A stretch of DNA of 64,000 nt from an uncultured Alphaproteobacteria bacterium (GTDB lineage: Bacteria > Pseudomonadota > Alphaproteobacteria > RF32 > CAG-239): NCBI GenBank assembly GCA_944393725.1, contig CALYBC010000020.1, forward strand, positions 6,103-70,102, read 5' to 3'. A model generated the notes under the pieces. It worked only from the letters and a program-made list of their open reading frames with translations. It ran no database searches and had not been told where the DNA came from. Below are positions 16,401-24,504 of the stretch, in pieces. The stretch's first letter is position 1, and the number at the start of each line of letters is the position of its first letter. Made by a program: the position numbers and the translations under genes.

Positions 16401-17798
16401 GGAACTATAGGCTTTACCATCAAAGCCCAAATAAGACGAGATACTACCAAATGGTGTGTAAAAAGCCTTGGAAACGAGAGCTTGTCCGACCAAATTTCCG
16501 TCTGCGGAAAAGACATAACCTTGCGGCGAAACCGCAAGTGAGCTTTCTTTGCTCTTTATTTGGGAAGAGATTCCGCTAACGCCCAAAAATTTTCCGTCTG
16601 CCGAATATACCATTTGCGGAGAGCTAACAGCACCTATCATGCGGCCGGACAGATTATAGGCCTGGTTTCCGACCATATAACCTATAGAAGTGCCGCTTAG
16701 TGCAATAACACCGCCATTACTTAGGGCGTGCCCCACTAAAGCCCCTTTAAAATCAAATACCGGCCCGGTGGATATAATCTTACCCACAATTGCTCCAGAA
16801 CCGTCAGTTACGACACCTCTGGCTGCAATCAAGCCGCTGAACTTATCTCCTCTGGCGATATTGCCTTGCGGTAATAAACGACCAAGATATCTGCCGTTAA
16901 GATCGGTTGCCGTGGCAGAAAAACTTTCCGAACGACCACTTATATTGCCTTTAGCATCGATAATATATCCATCAGCGCGTATTTTACCTACCGACTTGTT
17001 ATCATCTATAATATCGCCGTTATAGCTAACGAAACCTAAATAAAAACCTTTGTCATCAAAAGCGTAGCCGCTGTTTACAATCCGACCGATAACCGCCCCG
17101 TCATTATTGTAAACAAAGCCATTGGCTCGTAAATGACCGATAACCACGGAATTAAAATCTGTAACCTCACCTCCGGGAACAACACTGCCAATGAAATCGC
17201 CGTTTAAGGATATTACCATGCGCGATGATATCAAACGCCCATCAAGTAAATAGTCATTACCGACTTTGCGATAAGCATAGCCGTCCGGAGTAACAATACC
17301 AATTTGCTGTCCGCTTAAATTTGCATACAAACCATCACCGGTAATGCGACCTGATATTTTTCCTTCGTCATTATAAACAAGGCCTGGAAACACAACTTGT
17401 CCTAAAATGTCAAAATATTCGTTAACCACCAAACCATTAGGTAGTGTTTTGCCCACAACTTGCCCCGAAGAACTCCTTACCGTCCCGTCGCTATTTACTT
17501 TACCCAAGAATCTGGCGTCATTTCCTATGGCTACGCCTTGCGGGACGACGCCGCCGATAATCTGCCCGTCGGAATCGAGAATAAGACTGTCTGCGGTTAT
17601 ATTGCCCAAAAGTTTGTTATCTAAACTTACAACCTTGCCGTCGGGAATTACTTTTCCTAAAACGGTGCCGTTAAAATCAATCGCCGTTATTTCTTGAGAA
17701 AACGCAGGACAAGCACAAACAATGACAGACAAAACAACTGCCGTAAAATTTATGAATAAATTATGTAGCTTCCTTATTTGCAATAATCTCATATTCAA
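13452..17798 (-). CDS. virB10: VirB10/TrbI-family protein with about 900 aa of beta-hairpin repeats and a TolA-like Ala/Lys/Glu helix between the membrane anchor and the barrel, plus a ~110-aa C-terminal tail
   Basis: 1448 aa with N-terminal anchor FINFTAVVLSVIVCACPAFS. Residues ~40-905 are 17-22-aa units (e.g. DFNGTVLGKVIPDGKVV, DSDGQIIGGVVPQGVAI). Next comes AEAAAKAKAEAEARAKAEAEAAAKAKADAE. The TrbI/VirB10 core (about 13760-14420) has the motifs IPAVIARAIDTNNPAPITAYVERNVY, IIIPAGSRMIGSFGS, RVQISWERLIRPDGS, DAQGRAGALGYVDQQL and IPAGTRIIVYPNTDL. The tail contains PPPPP. Confidence 0.9.
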   Translation of the reverse strand: MNMRLLQIRKLHNLFINFTAVVLSVIVCACPAFSQEITAIDFNGTVLGKVIPDGKVVSLDNKLLGNITADSLILDSDGQIIGGVVPQGVAIGNDARFLGKVNSDGTVRSSSGQVVGKTLPNGLVVNEYFDILGQVVFPGLVYNDEGKISGRITGDGLYANLSGQQIGIVTPDGYAYRKVGNDYLLDGRLISSRMVISLNGDFIGSVVPGGEVTDFNSVVIGHLRANGFVYNNDGAVIGRIVNSGYAFDDKGFYLGFVSYNGDIIDDNKSVGKIRADGYIIDAKGNISGRSESFSATATDLNGRYLGRLLPQGNIARGDKFSGLIAARGVVTDGSGAIVGKIISTGPVFDFKGALVGHALSNGGVIALSGTSIGYMVGNQAYNLSGRMIGAVSSPQMVYSADGKFLGVSGISSQIKSKESSLAVSPQGYVFSADGNLVGQALVSKAFYTPFGSISSYLGFDGKAYSSKGAELGKIVGSGYVLNPQNQLIASEIKDYVAVDNDGNTLGNISYHNNILDRSFSDIGKILPDTSVAKSQSGNFNYMPKIGFAYNGGTVLDFNGNFIGYTDIAGNVKNSSGSKIGKVVEGMLSTDNNGIVNGYLSSQGVAVNDKCETIGVVSFNGNVYNYRDVYVGKLLANDFVISDSGAVVGYKVAQSPVVDFNGRTIGFVSNDGKVYNETGSQVGCLDYNKQLYNENKALIGKAVEFNSVIDFAGNIIGYTTVNGLIVDDDDELIGYLQPNDNVNSNAGLPLGNLFKYKVAFDMSNKYIGRVSSQGKVISATGEILGDVNYDGYVVSDEKNIGYALYDLYIYDNSGQVIGLVNRNGEAFGFNNQSLGKYDLGFVIKGEQVVGRGNRDYNIRDNTNLVLGKLSLDGKVYDNLGNVIGSINSGGSIVKDNGEFIVKARPLQYYDFNKDKLLVPVDEAEAAAKAKAEAEARAKAEAEAAAKAKADAEKDETRSWFDKTSILDSLKQPQEEDVSPALKMLEDPKYYKSLGIALTPDGEYLGEILENDTVIDDKGNIIGYRTPDGLIIDSEGNLIGTEDFGDKEDDGKVFVPAGSFGPGGAYGVGEGSAANLGPGGGYGPGERYDPTRRAALEAAMQERRQNISVGHIGSSVRKEAFDGYQKDWSEQGIPKSISSWRVDMSEMIFSDKPIPAVIARAIDTNNPAPITAYVERNVYAEEGRNIIIPAGSRMIGSFGSITAAAEATSESARVQISWERLIRPDGSIFVFSGQTADAQGRAGALGYVDQQLFKKYTLPVVTTVLSSGASYFIASADDAAGEIETSKQQAANDARQNFLDDMEELFDDILADKTDVKAMTYIPAGTRIIVYPNTDLWLRSVERDEEESQKYQKPEILIDDVKTDQESRQKQREDVAKASSTQVVYDPDEANVEAAAADTQPLLIDDAPKKNKTLVPPPPPSSSGNIATTPQTPAGSTADTGESGSVPALF

Positions 17799-20700
17799 TT
17801 CCTCTGGTTTTTGGCGACCTCGCCTAAAACATATCCGGAAACATTTTTATCCAAATCTATAAATGAGCCGTTGCTCTTTATATAGCCAATATTTTCGCCA
17901 TTATTGTCAATAACTGTGCCATCATAAGATAACCGCCCTTTATATTTGCCGTCGTTGCCCAGTATTGTGGCTCCTATTTTATAAATTTTTCCCAATATCC
18001 TATCGTTCAAATCAATAGCCAATCCTCCGGACAGCATTCTGCCGATTATACTAGCATCTTTGCCGGTAATTGTGCCATCAAAATTTACATAACCCACAAC
18101 TTTATCATCATTGGATATTACTATGTCGCCACTTACTACCTCGCCGATAATTTTTCCGGATACTCCGATAATATTGTTGTCAGATAAAACTTTTCCTAAC
18201 GAAACACCGGCAAAATCAGTTACAGCACCGTCGGGAGACACCGATCCGATTACATTACCGCCAAAATCAACTGCAAACCCCGGATGTAGTATGTGGAGAT
18301 TTTTATCTGTTCCACCACCTGGCAGAATGGCCGTCACAATTTTCCCCGAGGGATCCAATACATCACCGAGCGAGTTAAGATATCCTTTATAATTTCCGAG
18401 GGCATCAATCATTATCCCTTCGGGTATTACTTCGCCGATGACTTCGCCGTCTTGGTTAACGACTTTTTTGTCGTGCGTTACCTGTGCCACATTTTTTCCA
18501 TCTAAACTTATTACCTTACCATCAGAAACAGCATAACCAATATATGAACCATCATAACCTATTGCGGCACCTTTTCTGATTAAACCGCCCTGATATTCGC
18601 CTTTCATATTAAAAAATTCGCCTTTGGCATTAAGCTTACCTAAGGTGTCGCCATAGCGGCTAAAGACTGTTCCGTCGTCGACTGAAGTTCCGACAACATT
18701 ACCCTTGGTATCAATAACTTCTCCTTGGAGCAATCTGGCGCCGTTTATATTGTTATATCGGCTCAAACCATTATTTTTTATGCTCCCTTGGGCAACTCCT
18801 TTGTTGTCATATATTTGCCCATCGGGAAACAATCGCCCGATAAGATTACCGCCGGAACTCGCAACAGAAGTTTTAGCAGGTACCGCAACGCCCAATATTT
18901 TGCCGCCTTCACCCAAAACAAAATTACCTGCCGTTAATCGTGCAGAGGGTTTGCCATATATGCGGACTTGCGCCTTATCATCAACACGGTTTATATATTC
19001 ACCTGAGGGCGTATAAGCGTAGCTTTCTCCTAATACGCGCCCTATATATACTCCCTTGGAATTAAATACATCGCCTAAGACCCCGACACAACCGACAGGA
19101 AGCTTGGCATCATTTATTACCATGTTGTCCATGCCTACTTTGCCAATATACCTGCCGTCTAAATCAACAGCTGCTCCTTGCTTGCCTACAGCCCCAATAA
19201 ATTCGCCGCGTTCGTTGAGTACACTGCCATCGGGATTTACACAGCCGACATAGCGATTGTTTAAGTCCTTGACTATGCCGGAATTATCAACCGTACCAAG
19301 CAAATTACAATTATTATCAAATACTCGACCGTTTTTTAGAGTTTCTCCGATGTAACGCCCCTCTGAACTCAAAACCACTCCCTCCGGAGTTATTTTATAA
19401 TTGGTTTCTTCATTGCCTTTTTTTATCTTGCCGTCTTTGTCCAAATACCCAATTTGATTGCATCCGTAGCCTATTATCATACCGGCTCGAACCATTTTAG
19501 CAACGACCTTGGCCCCATTGGGATCTTTGACTAAACCATTGGGCAACGCTCTGCCGACAATTTGGTCTTTATCGTTTTTGATACTGCCGTCATTTTGCAG
19601 TGTGCCCAACAAATTACCCTGCGGAGTTATGGCTATTTTATCAAACATAACCAACTGTCCTAACACATTGGTCGCCGAATCAAAAACTATTTCCTCTCCG
19701 GCATAGCCGATAACTTCACCGTCGAGATTTACTATCGTTCCGTCAGGAAGCATTTTGCCAATAACATTGCCATTGGCATCCAGAAGATTTCCGTTTTCAT
19801 CAACATATCCAATTATATTGCCGTTGGCGTCATAAGCAACGCGAACTTTTTTACCATCAAGAGGCGAAGATTTCTTTATTATGTTGCCGTTGGCATCAAC
19901 ATAGCCAACAATATTCCCGTTCGCGTCAACAACCGTACCGTCGGGTAAAACAACGCCTAATACATTGCCGTTTTCATCTAAGGCCACGCGTCCGGGCTGC
20001 GTAACTCTGCCTATAACCTTGCCATTGAGATCGACCACCGTACCGTCGGGCATAACACGGCCGATTACATTGCCGTTTTCATCAACAACCGTACCATCGG
20101 GTAGTACACGACCGATTACATTGCCGTTTTCATCATAGACATAGCCGGTTTCAACCGCCCGGCCGATGACTTTACCATCTTTGTCAACAACCGTGCCGTC
20201 GGGCAATACACGACCGATTACATTACCGTCTAAATCAACAACCGAGCCATCAGGATTGACATAACCGATTAAATTGCCAAACTCATCATATACGGCTCGC
20301 CGATTTTCTGCCACGCCGATTACATTACCGTCTTTGTCAACTATCAGGCCGTCGGGCCCAACTTTTCCGATTATATTGCCGTTAGCATCTCTTACAAAGC
20401 CGTCTTCGTCTATAACACCTATAATCTTACCATCCGGTCCTATGGCATAGCGAACACCTTTGGTATTTTTATCTGATGTTGTCGTGCCACCGGGAGCTGT
20501 TTCGCAATATGTACAGTCTTCTTTGGTAACAGCATTGCCCGTTACCGGAACTTTAGCAGCCTTAATACTTGAATTACCTAAATTTACTTCGTGCCAGGAA
20601 ACAATGAAATTGTTTTGCACATTGCCGGCGACCACCGGAACCCAACTCATCGTAATGTGGCAGGTCTTGTCGCCTTCCAATGTCATGCCGGTACAACGGT

Positions 20701-21100
20701 CGGTAAAAGTGAAGCCGGCGGCCGGCGGATCGGCTAATGATACAGAATCTATCTTGATTGCGGCTTTGCCGTTTGTACCCAGTGTCAAAACATTTTTTGC
20801 TTCGGTACCGAGTACAACCTCTCCTATCGGAACCGGATCGGGGGTGGTAGTAAGAGGTATCTCCCCTTCGATTGTGGAAAATTCTATGCTTTGCGTGGGC
20901 GTGGTAGTAGGAATTGCACCAAACACATCGGCGTTATCCGTAAATACCGGCTCTTCATATGTATCTATACTATCTCCGCTGTTTAGTAAGAGTAACAAAC
21001 CAAAAATAAATATCAGCAAAGAGGCAATACCAATCATCAAAATTATGGTATTGGTTTTTTTGACATATTTTTCGGAATGTGTTAACGGCTCTTTGCTCAT
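17795..21100 (-). CDS. 1101-aa membrane-anchored protein: Ig-like beta-sandwich domain plus about 880 aa of the same beta-hairpin repeat family as VirB10
   Basis: TM IILMIGIASLLIFIFGLLLLL. The segment PIGEVVLGTEAKNVLTLGTNGKAAIKIDSVSLADPPAAGFTFTDRCTGMTLEGDKTCHITMSWVPVVAGNVQNNFIVSW looks like a PapD/ASH/DUF1573-type sandwich. This is followed by repeats such as PDGTVVDKDGKVIGRAV, YDENGNVIGRVL and PDGTVVDENGNVIGRVM. Its stop overlaps the virB10 start by 4 nt. Confidence 0.8.
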   Translation of the reverse strand: MSKEPLTHSEKYVKKTNTIILMIGIASLLIFIFGLLLLLNSGDSIDTYEEPVFTDNADVFGAIPTTTPTQSIEFSTIEGEIPLTTTPDPVPIGEVVLGTEAKNVLTLGTNGKAAIKIDSVSLADPPAAGFTFTDRCTGMTLEGDKTCHITMSWVPVVAGNVQNNFIVSWHEVNLGNSSIKAAKVPVTGNAVTKEDCTYCETAPGGTTTSDKNTKGVRYAIGPDGKIIGVIDEDGFVRDANGNIIGKVGPDGLIVDKDGNVIGVAENRRAVYDEFGNLIGYVNPDGSVVDLDGNVIGRVLPDGTVVDKDGKVIGRAVETGYVYDENGNVIGRVLPDGTVVDENGNVIGRVMPDGTVVDLNGKVIGRVTQPGRVALDENGNVLGVVLPDGTVVDANGNIVGYVDANGNIIKKSSPLDGKKVRVAYDANGNIIGYVDENGNLLDANGNVIGKMLPDGTIVNLDGEVIGYAGEEIVFDSATNVLGQLVMFDKIAITPQGNLLGTLQNDGSIKNDKDQIVGRALPNGLVKDPNGAKVVAKMVRAGMIIGYGCNQIGYLDKDGKIKKGNEETNYKITPEGVVLSSEGRYIGETLKNGRVFDNNCNLLGTVDNSGIVKDLNNRYVGCVNPDGSVLNERGEFIGAVGKQGAAVDLDGRYIGKVGMDNMVINDAKLPVGCVGVLGDVFNSKGVYIGRVLGESYAYTPSGEYINRVDDKAQVRIYGKPSARLTAGNFVLGEGGKILGVAVPAKTSVASSGGNLIGRLFPDGQIYDNKGVAQGSIKNNGLSRYNNINGARLLQGEVIDTKGNVVGTSVDDGTVFSRYGDTLGKLNAKGEFFNMKGEYQGGLIRKGAAIGYDGSYIGYAVSDGKVISLDGKNVAQVTHDKKVVNQDGEVIGEVIPEGIMIDALGNYKGYLNSLGDVLDPSGKIVTAILPGGGTDKNLHILHPGFAVDFGGNVIGSVSPDGAVTDFAGVSLGKVLSDNNIIGVSGKIIGEVVSGDIVISNDDKVVGYVNFDGTITGKDASIIGRMLSGGLAIDLNDRILGKIYKIGATILGNDGKYKGRLSYDGTVIDNNGENIGYIKSNGSFIDLDKNVSGYVLGEVAKNQRN
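19927..20236. repeat. Near-identical 51-nt coding repeats inside the 1101-aa gene
   Basis: Units of the type AACAACCGTACC(G/A)TCGGG(T/C)A...ACACG(A/G)CCGATTACATTGCCGTTTTCATC occur at about 19927, 20033, 20084 and 20186. Confidence 0.8.
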
Positions 21101-21107
21101 ATGTACC

Positions 21108-22682
21108 TTATTGCGTCCTTACCACACTGCAGAACACTCCGTTGCGACCCAATTCGCCGCATATTTTATCGCCGGCATTTAAGTCTTTTACCGGACCTAC
21201 ACGAAGATGAAACAGTTCTTTACCTTGGCCGTCCGCCGGAGCATCAACCGAGAAAAACGGAGAGAATCCTCCTAAAATATCGCTATACTGCGAGGACAAC
21301 TTATCCCATAGCGTTTCAAGCTCATTTACATTAGAGTTAGCACCAAGCTCAATTGAAATATTTGAGTTGTCGCCTGAAACTATTCCCGTACCGTAAGTGT
21401 AATTTGGCTGAGGAACGGTAGATGTACCGGTGTTGCTTATTCTCTGCATCTTTGAGTAATCAAAATTATCGGCGACATTGGCGACATTCATACCGTTTTG
21501 ACCGCTTCTGGTATATTCCGGCACAATAATCTGGCTCTGTCCGGCTTGAATATCCATTTGTCCTCCGACTTGGAGCGGCGTGGCGTTGGCTTTGGCATTA
21601 TATCCCATAGTTTGCTGATTGGGAATAGCCGGTGCAACCTCCCATTGCGGCGGCAAGTAGTCTGCAGAATCGATAGCGTATTCCAGACCGCTTTCATCGG
21701 AGCGGCGCATCTTTATGCAAATAAGTCTTTTGCCGTTACGCAAGACCATGTCTCCGATACCCTCGACGATAATCAGTCTGTTGTCCGGCCCTTTGGTTCT
21801 GAAGCCGACCGGAACTTCGACTCTCTCGACAATCATACTGACAACCGGTCTTTGGGTCATATTCAAAGCTTTTTTACCTAAATCAATATAAGTAAAGATA
21901 TTGTCGCGCCATACTCTTTCGGGGGCTATAACGACATCATCGGGATTGGGAACATAAACCTCCAAATCAAATCTGAAGTCGCTGGGGTCGACAGGAATAC
22001 TTTTTATCCAATCGCTGTTTTGATTTCTTCTGGTGTAGGTCGAGGCAAGAGATTTTCCTCCCGATGACGACAAACCGCCGTTGGTAGCTCCGGCAACACC
22101 ACCTGACGGTAAGTTACCGCTTGGGCCGTTACCCTGACCATCAACAACCTCAATATCAATTATTGCGTTCGTAAGTCTTTCGGTATTAACGGCTTCGGAC
22201 TTCACATAAAAAACATATCGATTTCCGGAACGGCCGAAAACAATTATGTTGGTATCAACACCAACATTAGAACCTTTGCGAGGATATAGCAAAAGTGTGG
22301 ATGGGCCGGATATTTGCCCGTCAAATGTTGCACTGTCTCCAATAAATATATCTTCAATCAACTCCCACGAGGGGAAGTTAATCATAGTAATCATTCCCTC
22401 GCGAACTCTTATCGGTAAGACCAAATCCGGTGTCCAATAATATTTGGAATAGGCCGGCTTGCTCTGTCCCTCGCCTAAGTTCTGCAAAGGATCAAGCCAG
22501 GCTGCCTGCGTCATGCCGAGAGAATTGAAGCCGGCGTAGTTAAGATTCATCGGCGTGTAATTACCTTGAGCCTGCTCGGCACTGGCATCCATCATCTGCT
22601 GGTCAACCTGAGATTTGGCCTCAAAAGAAACCATCATCGCCAATACTAATAACAAAAATTTTATCTTTATATTTTTCGACAC
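21108..22682 (-). CDS. virB9: VirB9/CagX/TrbG-family protein with a C-terminal SPOR-like peptidoglycan-binding domain
   Basis: 524 aa with a signal peptide. VirB9 N-domain: YYWTPDLVLPIRVREGMITMINFPSWELIEDIFIGDSATF ... IIVFGRSGNRYVFYVKS. VirB9 C-domain: RVWRDNIFTYIDLG ... LIIVEGIGDMVLRNGKRLICIKM. The last ~85 aa, ISIELGANSNVNELETLWDKL ... FHLRVGPVKDLNAGDKICGELGRNGVFCSVV, fit the SPOR pattern. Confidence 0.88.
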   Translation of the reverse strand: MSKNIKIKFLLLVLAMMVSFEAKSQVDQQMMDASAEQAQGNYTPMNLNYAGFNSLGMTQAAWLDPLQNLGEGQSKPAYSKYYWTPDLVLPIRVREGMITMINFPSWELIEDIFIGDSATFDGQISGPSTLLLYPRKGSNVGVDTNIIVFGRSGNRYVFYVKSEAVNTERLTNAIIDIEVVDGQGNGPSGNLPSGGVAGATNGGLSSSGGKSLASTYTRRNQNSDWIKSIPVDPSDFRFDLEVYVPNPDDVVIAPERVWRDNIFTYIDLGKKALNMTQRPVVSMIVERVEVPVGFRTKGPDNRLIIVEGIGDMVLRNGKRLICIKMRRSDESGLEYAIDSADYLPPQWEVAPAIPNQQTMGYNAKANATPLQVGGQMDIQAGQSQIIVPEYTRSGQNGMNVANVADNFDYSKMQRISNTGTSTVPQPNYTYGTGIVSGDNSNISIELGANSNVNELETLWDKLSSQYSDILGGFSPFFSVDAPADGQGKELFHLRVGPVKDLNAGDKICGELGRNGVFCSVVRTQ

Positions 22683-22688
22683 TTTTTT

Positions 22689-23423
22689 CTACCCTACTTT
22701 ATTGCGGCTCAACGCATATCTATAAACCGTAAAACCAACCGGATTTTTTAGTCTATCGCCGTATTTCACGCTCTTGCGACGGTATCCGACATTAAGAGAG
22801 GCCGTCCAGTAGCCTATCTCCGGTTCTGCCGATGACGGATACATATCTCGAGTTTCGTACTCTACCTGCCAAACACCATCAGTAAGCTCGTTAACCGATA
22901 ATATTTTTACACTGCGTTCCATACCCTGATTTTTTATTATATCAACCGCCCTCTTGGCAACATTATCCAAAAAATCTTGGTAAACTCGGTTATCTGACAT
23001 TTCTTGTATCGGACCACCGGGCATCCAACGGGCTTCAACCTCGGCAACATCGCTGCTGAAAGTGCTGCGTAAAAGAACATACTCTCTGACAAAAACCTCG
23101 GTAATTGCTTTGCGATTTCTGAGCTCGGTGGTTATCGGCTGAATATTATAAACTTGTTCGGAACGATTTTGAAAGGTAAGCAGAAACGGCTCAATGCGGT
23201 ACAACGGAATAACCTGTAAAATTGCCAGTATCAAAACTATATTACAACATAAACTAAACGCCGTAATAACGGCAAATGCACGGGCAGTCCACAAATATCT
23301 TTTCTCGGCAATATTGGCAACAAAAACCTCATCGCGTACCGGTTTCTTTGCCTCCGGACGCCTAGAAGCATTTTGACTACCAATAAGCCTTGGCTGAGGT
23401 TTGTTTCCTTCTATTCCATCCAC
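22689..23423 (-). CDS. virB8: VirB8-family protein (paralog 2)
   Basis: 244 aa with N-terminal TM FAVITAFSLCCNIVLILAIL, then IEPFLLTF, FVREYVLLRSTF, and the C-terminal NPVGFTVYRY signature. Confidence 0.88.
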   Translation of the reverse strand: MDGIEGNKPQPRLIGSQNASRRPEAKKPVRDEVFVANIAEKRYLWTARAFAVITAFSLCCNIVLILAILQVIPLYRIEPFLLTFQNRSEQVYNIQPITTELRNRKAITEVFVREYVLLRSTFSSDVAEVEARWMPGGPIQEMSDNRVYQDFLDNVAKRAVDIIKNQGMERSVKILSVNELTDGVWQVEYETRDMYPSSAEPEIGYWTASLNVGYRRKSVKYGDRLKNPVGFTVYRYALSRNKVG

Positions 23424-23440
23424 CTTAGAGCTCCATTATA

Positions 23441-23629
23441 CTAAATCGTTGCTATAAACCAATCAGGTAAAGTTTTAGGCAATTCAATCTCCATGCAAGC
23501 ACATGGCGACAACTTTAGTTCATCGGCACCGGTACCAATACCGACAGGCTCCGGTTCATAGTAGGAACCATAACAACCTGACAAAGCCAGCAAACCGACA
23601 AATATCAACATTTTTAAGCGATTATTCAT
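23441..23629 (-). CDS. virB7: Small lipoprotein, VirB7-like by size and position
   Basis: 62 aa with lipobox LALSGC. It sits between two virB8 genes upstream of virB9. Confidence 0.6.
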   Translation of the reverse strand: MNNRLKMLIFVGLLALSGCYGSYYEPEPVGIGTGADELKLSPCACMEIELPKTLPDWFIATI

Positions 23630-23733
23630 AGATACACCTTCCTTTTAGCAGGACATACTTAGTCCTACAGACAGTATAAAGTTATACTGTTTTATTTTAA
23701 ATGTCTAACAGCTTAGATATACTTATCAACAAA

Positions 23734-24489
23734 TTAGAATATTTCGACTTCGGTCTGCGAATAACGGGTGACGGTGAAGCCTAACGGATTTATTAAACGC
23801 GTGGCAACAAATGCCCTTTCAGGGATAAAATATGCCGTGATGGATGAAGTCCAATATCTGACACGCAGTGTGGTTTCTTGCTGAGCTTGAGTCTTGCCTT
23901 GCTCATTATATAGATCATAGGTTTTGAAATCGACTTTCCACACGGCCGAGCGTTTGCCGCCCTGACGAGTCACCGAGATTATCTCGACCTCTCTGACCAA
24001 AGTTTGCTTGAAGATATTTTCCCAAACCTGTTTGGTGGCATTACCAAACTCATTATATACCTCGGGAGATGAAAGATAGTTTAACATTCCACCGCCCATC
24101 CAGCGACTGCGCATTTCAACCGGATCATTGATTATGGTATTGCGAAGAATTACATATTGCCGAATAAACATTTCAAGCAATTTATCTTTTGAGGTCATAT
24201 CTTGTGAGATAGCCTCATTGCGTACAATATTTTCCGATTCACTTTGATTGATTAGTAAAAACGGTTCAACCTCGACCATCGGAGCAAGTCTAAATAATGC
24301 CAATGACGCCATTACAAAGAACATCATGGATATTGTGGCCGTGACAATAAAAAAACGCGAAACCCACAGATAATATGTTTGGCGAAAAGTACTCTGCTCT
24401 TCTTCCAATTCGTTTATGTATTGCGGAGCTTTGGCATTGCCTTCTATGGCAAGGGTCTTTGTACCGCCCGAAAGCTGTCTGGTTTCCAT
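23734..24489 (-). CDS. virB8: VirB8-family protein (paralog 1)
   Basis: 251 aa with TM FFIVTATISMMFFVMASLALF, then VEPFLLINQ, MFIRQYVILRNT, and the C-terminal INPLGFTVTRY signature. Confidence 0.88.
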   Translation of the reverse strand: METRQLSGGTKTLAIEGNAKAPQYINELEEEQSTFRQTYYLWVSRFFIVTATISMMFFVMASLALFRLAPMVEVEPFLLINQSESENIVRNEAISQDMTSKDKLLEMFIRQYVILRNTIINDPVEMRSRWMGGGMLNYLSSPEVYNEFGNATKQVWENIFKQTLVREVEIISVTRQGGKRSAVWKVDFKTYDLYNEQGKTQAQQETTLRVRYWTSSITAYFIPERAFVATRLINPLGFTVTRYSQTEVEIF

Positions 24490-24504
24490 AAAATCGACCT
24501 CATT

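Noticed and set aside
13452-21100. The hairpin repeats, considered as RHS/YD-repeat toxin or choline-binding/cell-wall-binding repeats.
   Set aside because: There is no RHS core or PxxxxDPxGL boundary, and no C-terminal toxin domain. The conserved aromatic residues of YD or choline-binding repeats are not consistently present. One carrier is an intact VirB10 and both are membrane-anchored T4SS-operon proteins.
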